A stretch of DNA of 64,000 nucleotides from Candidatus Omnitrophota bacterium (lineage in GTDB: Bacteria; Omnitrophota; Gorgyraeia; Gygaellales; Profunditerraquicolaceae): the NCBI GenBank assembly GCA_018825985.1, contig JAHKAP010000024.1, positions 3,095 to 67,094 of the forward strand, read 5' to 3'. Positions 57,519-64,000 of this stretch are shown one piece after another (within the stretch, counting starts at the first letter, position 1; each line of letters begins with the position of its first letter). Position numbers and translations under genes: made by a program. The notes below the pieces were generated by a model, which was given only the letters and a program-made list of their open reading frames with translations, made no database searches and was not told where the DNA came from.

Positions 57519-58571
57519 TTATTGTTTGACTAATTTCTTACGGATTATCTCGGCCCTTTTAATATCCCTCTCCTGGGCCGTAAGCTTATTATTCTCTATT
57601 TTTTGTAAATGCGCCGGCTGGATCACGATAAATAGTTCATTCACCTGCCTGCGGTCAAGATCCTTAATGATACCCAAATCGCATCCCAGCCTGAGCATTG
57701 ATAATAATTCTATAGTCTCCTGGCTTGAGATAATATAAGCGCTTTTTAAAATACCGAAACTACGGTTTATCTTATCCTCTAACATCGCCCGGTTACGGGA
57801 AACAAGAGTCTCCCTGGCCTGATTCTCCTGCTCAATGATCTGACGAATCAAGCCGTTGATATTTTCAATTATATCGGTCTCGCTATGTCCAAGAGAAACC
57901 TGATTTGAAACCTGAAAAAGATTTCCGCTGGCCTGCGTCCCTTCACCGTAGAGCCCGCGGGTAGTGAACTGTAATTTGGAGATTGCAGCCAAAACCTGAT
58001 TAACCTGATTAACCATAACCAAAGCCGGTAGATGCAGCATTACCGAACCGCGCATTCCGGTACCGGTATTAGTCGGACAGGCGGTTAAATAACCCCAATC
58101 CGGCAAAAAAGCAAAAGGCAATTCCTTAGCCAAAAAATCATCTATCGCGCTGATAATATTCCAGGCTTCAAAAAGATTAAAACCTGACTGCATTACCTGC
58201 GTTCGCATGTGGTCCTCTTCATTTATCATTATCGAAACTATTTCTTCCTCATCAATTACAACTGCCTTGGAGTCGCTCTTCTGGGCATGTTCATAAGACA
58301 TCAGATGCCTTTCGATCAAAAACTGTTTATCCACATTATCCAGATCGGCGAGCCTAAAAACAGTGGTCTTCTTTAATAGATCGATCTTGGAAACTGCTTC
58401 TTCTACCGCGTCCAAGACATCTTTGTTTTGTTTTTTATTTGCCCAATGCGGAAAAGCAATTTTATCTAAATTCCGGGCTAACCGGATCCGGCTGGATAAT
58501 ACGATATCCGAATGAGGCCCGGTGCCTTTGAGCCATTCGCTGCCGTGATTAACCAGGTCATTTAAATGCAT
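57519..58571 (-). CDS. mcsB: protein arginine kinase McsB
   Basis: ATP:guanido phosphotransferase family blocks; LARNL, CPTNTGTGMR. Confidence 0.85.
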   Translation of the reverse strand: MHLNDLVNHGSEWLKGTGPHSDIVLSSRIRLARNLDKIAFPHWANKKQNKDVLDAVEEAVSKIDLLKKTTVFRLADLDNVDKQFLIERHLMSYEHAQKSDSKAVVIDEEEIVSIMINEEDHMRTQVMQSGFNLFEAWNIISAIDDFLAKELPFAFLPDWGYLTACPTNTGTGMRGSVMLHLPALVMVNQVNQVLAAISKLQFTTRGLYGEGTQASGNLFQVSNQVSLGHSETDIIENINGLIRQIIEQENQARETLVSRNRAMLEDKINRSFGILKSAYIISSQETIELLSMLRLGCDLGIIKDLDRRQVNELFIVIQPAHLQKIENNKLTAQERDIKRAEIIRKKLVKQ

Positions 58572-58573
58572 CG

Positions 58574-59104
58574 CTATTCCTTGCCCTCTTTATTGTCAAT
58601 GGGAGATACTTTAGCCTTAATCTCTAATTCTTTGATCTGATCCCTAAGCTTAGCCGCCTCTTCAAATTTCTCCGCTTCAACCGCATCCTGTAGTTTATTT
58701 CGCAGGTCCTCAATGTCTATCCTCTCCTTAAGGTCCCCGGTTATTTTAGCGGGAGATTTTCCGATATGTTTATTAGCGCCATGGATCCTTTTTAGTAAAG
58801 GGCCCAGGTAACGCCGAAACGATGTGTAACATTCACTGCAACCAAGCCTTCCGATCTTCTTAAAATCCTTGAAGGCCAGCCCGCAGTTAGGGCATTTCAT
58901 ATTCAAGGTATTTTTATCTTCACCCTGGGGCTTGCCGAATTCAGCTAAGCCAGCCAAGAGGTCAGCCAAACCAAACTGTTGGTCCATCTGAGCGCTTTTC
59001 TGCCTGGCGCATTCTTCGCAAAGATGCAACTCCTTCATTGAATCATCAATGATCTCAGTAAGGTGTACCGTAGCCTGATTTTTAGAGCAAACGTCACAGA
59101 CCAT
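58574..59104 (-). CDS. mcsA: McsA-like activator (zinc fingers plus UVR domain)
   Basis: CDVC...CEEC, CPNC...CSEC zinc knuckles; C-terminal UVR-like coiled coil. Confidence 0.7.
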   Translation of the reverse strand: MVCDVCSKNQATVHLTEIIDDSMKELHLCEECARQKSAQMDQQFGLADLLAGLAEFGKPQGEDKNTLNMKCPNCGLAFKDFKKIGRLGCSECYTSFRRYLGPLLKRIHGANKHIGKSPAKITGDLKERIDIEDLRNKLQDAVEAEKFEEAAKLRDQIKELEIKAKVSPIDNKEGKE

Positions 59105-59105
59105 A

Positions 59106-59975
59106 TTAATATTTCACTCCGTCGGTTTTAGTCAACTGGTGGAATTTCTTGATCAAATTCATGGTTATTGGGCCGGGTTTTCCCGTTCCAATGACCCTGC
59201 CGTCTACTTTGACCACAGAAATAACCTCAGCTCCGGTGCCGGTTAAAAAACACTCGTCGGCAACATACAACTCATGCAGGGTAAATGGATTTTCTCTGGC
59301 CGGAAGTTTGATCTTTTCAGCTATCTCTAAGATAGCGTCCCGGGTAATCCCCCTCAAGGCCCCCATAGTCTCCGGAGGAGTAAAAAGAACTCCTTTGCGG
59401 ACAATAAAAATATTATCTCCTGTGCATTCAGCCACATAACCCTGGTCATTTAACATCAGGGCTTCGGCATAACCAGAATTACCGGCCTCGATCTTACCCA
59501 GGATATTATTCAGGTAATTTAAAGATTTGATCTGAGGATTTAAAGCCTCATGGGAACTGCGGGTAGTGGAAACCGTAATAATCGCCATTCCTTCTTTATA
59601 TAATTTTTCAGGGTAGAGCGCGATCTTATCGGCTATAATAATAACCGTGCCCCCTTTAGGGCATTTTCGCGGATCTAACCCTAAATCTCCTTCGCCGCGG
59701 GTAACGATCAGACGGATATAACCGTCTTTTAGATTATTTTCTTTGAGGGTTCTGACTACAGCCTTGATCATCTCTGGTTTAGTTAAAGGAATATTCAACA
59801 TTATCGAATGAGCTGATTCATATAAACGTTCAATATGCTCCTCTAATCTGAAAACCAGGCTGTTATATGAACGGATGCCTTCAAACACCCCGTCACCATA
59901 AAGCAGTCCATGGTCAAAAACCGATATTTTAGCATCCTCTTTTTCATAAAACTTACCGTTTATATAGATCTTCAT
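59106..59975 (-). CDS. ilvE: class IV aminotransferase (branched-chain / D-amino-acid aminotransferase)
   Basis: FDHGLLYGDGVFEGIR; PLP-Lys region; 289 aa. Confidence 0.8.
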   Translation of the reverse strand: MKIYINGKFYEKEDAKISVFDHGLLYGDGVFEGIRSYNSLVFRLEEHIERLYESAHSIMLNIPLTKPEMIKAVVRTLKENNLKDGYIRLIVTRGEGDLGLDPRKCPKGGTVIIIADKIALYPEKLYKEGMAIITVSTTRSSHEALNPQIKSLNYLNNILGKIEAGNSGYAEALMLNDQGYVAECTGDNIFIVRKGVLFTPPETMGALRGITRDAILEIAEKIKLPARENPFTLHELYVADECFLTGTGAEVISVVKVDGRVIGTGKPGPITMNLIKKFHQLTKTDGVKY

Positions 59976-59987
59976 TTTACCCCCTTG

Positions 59988-60662
59988 TTAATTATATAAT
60001 ATGCCGTCTTTTAATTTATACACCTTATCCGAAAGATTAGCTAATTCTAAATTATGAGTTACCAAAACTACTGTCATCCCTGTTTCCTTATTGGTCCGGT
60101 TGATCAATGAAATTATCTCGCCCCCAGTTTTGGAATCCAGATTTCCAGTAGGCTCATCACAGAATAAAATCTTGGGCTGATTAATCAAGGCCCGGCAGAT
60201 CGCCGCTCTTTGTTGTTCGCCTCCTGAAAGTTCTGACGGAAAATGCCCGGTCCTTTCGCTCAAACCTGCCGTATCCAACAATTCTAAAGCCTTATTTTTT
60301 ATCTCTTGGCTTTTCTCCCTTAACTCTGACTTTATCAGCGCCGGCATCATTACATTTTCTAAAACTGTGAATTCCGGCAAAAGATGATAAAATTGAAAAA
60401 CAAAACCAATGTCCCGATTGCGTATCCGGCAGATAAGAGCATCGCTCATCTTATAGATATCTAGGGCCTGGAATACAACGCTGCCTTGCGAAGGTTCATC
60501 TAATCCCCCAAGGATATGCAAAAGGGTTGATTTACCCGCTCCCGAAGGCCCAACAATAGCCGTAAATTCGCCTTTTTTTATAGCCAGGTCCAAACCCCTT
60601 AAAACCTGGACCTCTTTATCAGACTTATTGTAAAATTTATGGATGTTTTTTGCTTCCAGCAT
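59988..60662 (-). CDS. lolD: ABC transporter ATP-binding protein, LolD-like
   Basis: Walker A GPSGAGKST, signature LSGGEQQR. Confidence 0.75.
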   Translation of the reverse strand: MLEAKNIHKFYNKSDKEVQVLRGLDLAIKKGEFTAIVGPSGAGKSTLLHILGGLDEPSQGSVVFQALDIYKMSDALICRIRNRDIGFVFQFYHLLPEFTVLENVMMPALIKSELREKSQEIKNKALELLDTAGLSERTGHFPSELSGGEQQRAAICRALINQPKILFCDEPTGNLDSKTGGEIISLINRTNKETGMTVVLVTHNLELANLSDKVYKLKDGILYN

Positions 60663-60734
60663 ATGAACGCGGATTATATTTGATCCTATCTGCGGATATC
60701 CGCGGATTTAATTTATCCGCGCAATCCGCGCATT

Positions 60735-61928
60735 TTATTCGTATCTTAATGCTTCAACCGGTTTTAATTTACTCGCCTTGATCGCCGGATAAATAGTTGA
60801 GGCCAGGCTAATGGCTAAAGCAGACAGGACAACCAGACACAGGTCAGGCCAGACTTCCAGGACCACCGGTATCCTATCCACATAATAAATATCCTGGGGT
60901 AACTTTATAAACTGGTACTTTTTAAACAGCAAGCATAAAGCCACGCCGCCTGAAACTCCCAAGAAAATTCCTAAGCCGCCTATGCTTAATCCTATAAAGG
61001 TAAAAATATTCCTAATACCCTTTGAGCTCACCCCGATAGCTTTTAATATCCCGATATCCTTGGTCTTCTCCACCACCATTACCATAAGGGTACTGATAAT
61101 ATTGAACGACGCCACCAGAATAATCAAAGTCAGAATAATAAACATAGTGATCTTTTCCAGCTTTAAAGCAGCAAAAAAATTCTGATTGGTCTCCATCCAG
61201 GTTTTGACAGAGTATTCATAACCTATCGCCTTATAAATTTCTTTTTGAACTTTTTTAGCCGCATAAAGATTAGTTAATTTTACCGCGATCGAGCTGACCT
61301 GATTATTTATACCCAATATCTCCTGGGCTGATTTTAAACTTACAAAGATCAGATTAAGATCATAGTCATACATCCCGGAATTAAAAATACCGGCTACTTT
61401 TAAAGAATATTTCTCCCCGGCTAGAGGCGAATAAATAGTAAGTTCGGAATTCAGGTCCAGGCCCAGATATGCAGCCAGTTCTCTGCCGACAACAACCGCG
61501 CCTTTATTTAAACCCTTAAGGTCTCCTTTTATCAGGTAATCACTGATCCTGGTAACCTTAACCTCTTTATCCGGCTCAATCCCTCTTATGCCTATGGCAA
61601 ATATCTTTTCCCCCTCCTTGACTATAACCTGGCCCTGGACATTAGGGCTTACCCCTTTGATCTCAGGAATACGGGAGACTTTCTCAAAGATACTAAGATA
61701 TTCGCTGTAATCAATGCCCTTATAGCTGGAGATAGTGACATGGGCATAATTACCAATAATCTTATCCCGGAGTTCTTTGTCAAACCCGGTCATTACAGCC
61801 AGAACCGCGATCAAAGCCATTACCCCGATAGCTACCCCCAAGATCGAGATAAGGCTGATCAAAGAGATAAATTTCTCTTTACGTTTGGTCATTAAATACC
61901 TTAGGCCGATAAAAAATTCTAATTTCAT
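60735..61928 (-). CDS. lolC: FtsX-like ABC transporter permease, LolC/E family
   Basis: N-terminal TM, large periplasmic loop, C-terminal FtsX 3-TM bundle. Confidence 0.7.
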   Translation of the reverse strand: MKLEFFIGLRYLMTKRKEKFISLISLISILGVAIGVMALIAVLAVMTGFDKELRDKIIGNYAHVTISSYKGIDYSEYLSIFEKVSRIPEIKGVSPNVQGQVIVKEGEKIFAIGIRGIEPDKEVKVTRISDYLIKGDLKGLNKGAVVVGRELAAYLGLDLNSELTIYSPLAGEKYSLKVAGIFNSGMYDYDLNLIFVSLKSAQEILGINNQVSSIAVKLTNLYAAKKVQKEIYKAIGYEYSVKTWMETNQNFFAALKLEKITMFIILTLIILVASFNIISTLMVMVVEKTKDIGILKAIGVSSKGIRNIFTFIGLSIGGLGIFLGVSGGVALCLLFKKYQFIKLPQDIYYVDRIPVVLEVWPDLCLVVLSALAISLASTIYPAIKASKLKPVEALRYE

Positions 61929-63373
61929 TTTTCTTCTTGGGGCCGCAAAAGCGGAAATAGGATCACATCTCTGATAGCCGGCTGGTCAGTCAAAAGCATG
62001 ACCAATCTGTCTATACCGATACCTAAACCTCCGGCAGGAGGCATTCCGTGTTCTAAGGCCAGGCAATAATCATCATCCACATTTTTCTTTTCGCTGCTTT
62101 CAGACTCGTTGATCTCTTCTTCAAAACGGGCTTTTTGCTCTATAGGGTCATTTAACTCTGAATAGGCGTTCCCGATCTCCATCCCGGAAATATAAACCTC
62201 AAACCTCTCTGAGATCAAAGGATTATCAGTCTTGGCCTTAGCTAAAGGGCAGAGCGAGGTAAAATAATCAGTCACAAATATCGGCGCAAAGCTTGCGTCA
62301 TGCTCCAGGGCACCCTCAATTACCTTATTGATCTGGGAGCGGGAAAGCTTGACATTGGACTCGGCAAAGCCTTTGTCCCTTAATTTCTTAAGCATCATTT
62401 CGGCGTCATCCAAAGGTTCGATACCGAATTTATCCTTAACTAAAGCGGCAAAAGAAACCCTCTTCCAGGGAGGAGCCAGATCGATTTCCTTACCCTGATA
62501 AGCGAACTTAGGCTTACCCCAGAGCTCAATACAGGCGCCAACCACAATATCCTGGCAAAGATCCATCATATCCTCATAATTGGCATAAGCGGCATAAACC
62601 TCCAACATTGTAAATTCCGGATTATGCCGGGTAGATACCCCTTCATTTCGGAAATTCCGGTTTATCTCGTATACCCTATCCAGGCCTCCAACTAATAACC
62701 TTTTTAAGTACAATTCCGGGGCAATCCTTAAAAAAAGCTCCATATTATACTCATTGTGCCTGGTTTTAAACGGCCGGCCGGCAGCCCCGCCGGGTATATA
62801 ATGCATCATTGGAGTTTCTACTTCCAAAAATCCCTTTTTGTCCAGGATACCCCGGATAGTCTTTACTATCTGCGAACGCTGTAAAAAAACCTTTTTTACT
62901 TCCTCATTAGAAATCAGATCCAAATAGCGCTGGCGATAACGGATATCAATGTCTTTCAAACCGTGCCATTTTTCCGGAAGAGGCCTAAGTGCTTTGGCTA
63001 AAATTGTATACTCGTCGACCTTAAGGGTAAATTCTCCGGTATGGGTCTTAAAAAGCTCACCCCTGACCGCCAAAATATCAGCAATATCCAGATTATCCAG
63101 CAAAGCAAATCTATCTTTACCGATAAAATCCGCCTTAATATAAAGCTGGATCTTGCCAGTAGTATCCCTTAGGTCCATAAATATAACCTTGCCGTGCAAG
63201 CGCTTAGCCATGATCCTGCCACAGAGGCTCATTTTCTTACCTTCAGCAAAATCCGTAAGCGCTTCTGAAATATGCGCGTGTTCGGACACATTGCTGGGAT
63301 ATAAAGGTATACCTTGGGCCTTAAGAGACTCAAGTTTGAGCTTTCGCTGGGCTATAATATCGTTAAGTTCCAT
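61925..63373 (-). CDS. lysS: lysyl-tRNA synthetase (class II)
   Basis: OB-fold anticodon-binding domain plus class II motifs 1-3. Confidence 0.9.
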   Translation of the reverse strand: MELNDIIAQRKLKLESLKAQGIPLYPSNVSEHAHISEALTDFAEGKKMSLCGRIMAKRLHGKVIFMDLRDTTGKIQLYIKADFIGKDRFALLDNLDIADILAVRGELFKTHTGEFTLKVDEYTILAKALRPLPEKWHGLKDIDIRYRQRYLDLISNEEVKKVFLQRSQIVKTIRGILDKKGFLEVETPMMHYIPGGAAGRPFKTRHNEYNMELFLRIAPELYLKRLLVGGLDRVYEINRNFRNEGVSTRHNPEFTMLEVYAAYANYEDMMDLCQDIVVGACIELWGKPKFAYQGKEIDLAPPWKRVSFAALVKDKFGIEPLDDAEMMLKKLRDKGFAESNVKLSRSQINKVIEGALEHDASFAPIFVTDYFTSLCPLAKAKTDNPLISERFEVYISGMEIGNAYSELNDPIEQKARFEEEINESESSEKKNVDDDYCLALEHGMPPAGGLGIGIDRLVMLLTDQPAIRDVILFPLLRPQEEK

Positions 63374-63382
63374 AGTTTTATA

Positions 63383-63411
63383 ATTATATATTATAAACAG
63401 CGGTGTGTCAA
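63383..63411 (-). promoter_or_regulatory. candidate sigma70 promoter for lysS (TTGACA, 17 nt spacer, TATAAT) implying a near-leaderless transcript
   Basis: TTGACA at 63411-63406, TATAAT at 63388-63383, ATG at 63373; no SD upstream of the ATG. Confidence 0.3.
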
Positions 63412-63482
63412 ACTAATTAGAATGGAACCTTAAGCCTAAATTAGGAGTTGATAGGCTAAATACATAGCCGCGTTTTTGAACT

Positions 63483-63511
63483 AAAAAAAGGCCGGACTAT
63501 TAAGTCCGGCC
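63483..63511 (-). terminator. rho-independent terminator of the upstream substrate-binding-protein gene
   Basis: GGCCGGACT-TAAT-AGTCCGGCC stem-loop followed by a U7 run on the minus-strand transcript. Confidence 0.65.
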
Positions 63512-63549
63512 CTGGATCTTTTATTAACTTATCCGTTTCTTTTTTAAGC

Positions 63550-64000
63550 CTAATCTTTAATAACTTTCGCAGCGGCTGATACCATTTCTTCTGGCACTTT
63601 AAGTCCTAGAGCTGCCGCGGTATTCAGATTAATAGAAATATCAAAGATAGTCCCTTTTTCAATGGGCATCTCCGAAGGCTTAGCCCCGCCTAATACCAAG
63701 GCTGCTTTTCTCCCTGCTATTTCTCCCAACTGAATAGAATTAGTGGAAACAGCCAGTAATGACCCCTGCTCAACCCTCTCTGCCAAATAAGAAACCATCG
63801 GTATTTTAGCGGGATTAGTAATTTCAATCAAAGCACTCATATTTTTAGTAATGGGAGTGCTTCCGGCAGCATAAATCGCATCAGCTTTGCCTACCAGCGC
63901 ATCTTGCACATTCTTAATATCTGAAATCTGAGAGAAATTAACCGGGATGATCGTAAAACCCATCTTCTCCTGAAGTTTGTTGCACTCTTCAAACTGTATG
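63550..64000 (-). CDS. ABC transporter substrate-binding protein (PF04392 / COG2984-like), C-terminal part; N-terminus lies beyond the window end
   Basis: Frame stays open to base 64000 upstream of the listed Met; C-terminal pattern ...DISINLNTAAALGLKVPEEMVSAAAKVIKD. Confidence 0.55.
   Translation of the reverse strand, partial: IQFEECNKLQEKMGFTIIPVNFSQISDIKNVQDALVGKADAIYAAGSTPITKNMSALIEITNPAKIPMVSYLAERVEQGSLLAVSTNSIQLGEIAGRKAALVLGGAKPSEMPIEKGTIFDISINLNTAAALGLKVPEEMVSAAAKVIKD

Overview
This 64 kb window is an AT-rich bacterial chromosomal segment, coded almost entirely on the minus strand and densely packed with housekeeping genes. All calls below are from reading the sequence and ORF translations without tools; no database search was run.

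Two gene blocks follow a conserved Firmicutes/Terrabacteria-type order: tmk-holB-ricT(yaaT)-metG-tatD, and mcsA-mcsB-clpC ... radA-yacL-ispD-ispF-cysE-cysS. The same contig also carries diderm envelope genes (lptF/lptG, mlaE-mlaF-mlaD, lolC-lolD, an AmiC-type amidase).

Other annotated content:
- an intact preQ1/queuosine precursor operon queD-queC-queE-queF
- an AddAB-type helicase-nuclease pair
- a split class I fumarate hydratase
- three tRNAs: Arg-TCT, Pro-TGG and Leu-CAG
- smpB with ssrA (tmRNA) immediately downstream

The most unusual feature is that the tmRNA gene is interrupted in its T-loop by a 636 nt group I intron carrying a single-motif LAGLIDADG homing-endonuclease ORF.

Other observations worth a second look:
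- At least three families of short GC-rich palindromic (REP-like) repeats sit at gene ends and literally encode the C-terminal tails of queC, cysS and ispD.
- Between tmk and cysS there is an AT-rich orphan 187 aa ORF, bracketed by a TIR-flanked GC-rich element on one side and a GC-rich structured island on the other.
- A maf-M48 peptidase fusion ORF has a perfect 14 bp tandem duplication at its domain junction.
- A 53 aa Cys/His-rich micro-ORF is translationally coupled to a DEAD-box helicase.
- A GAF-GGDEF protein has a degenerate GPEEF active-site motif.

No CRISPR array, rRNA, IS transposase or integrase was seen.
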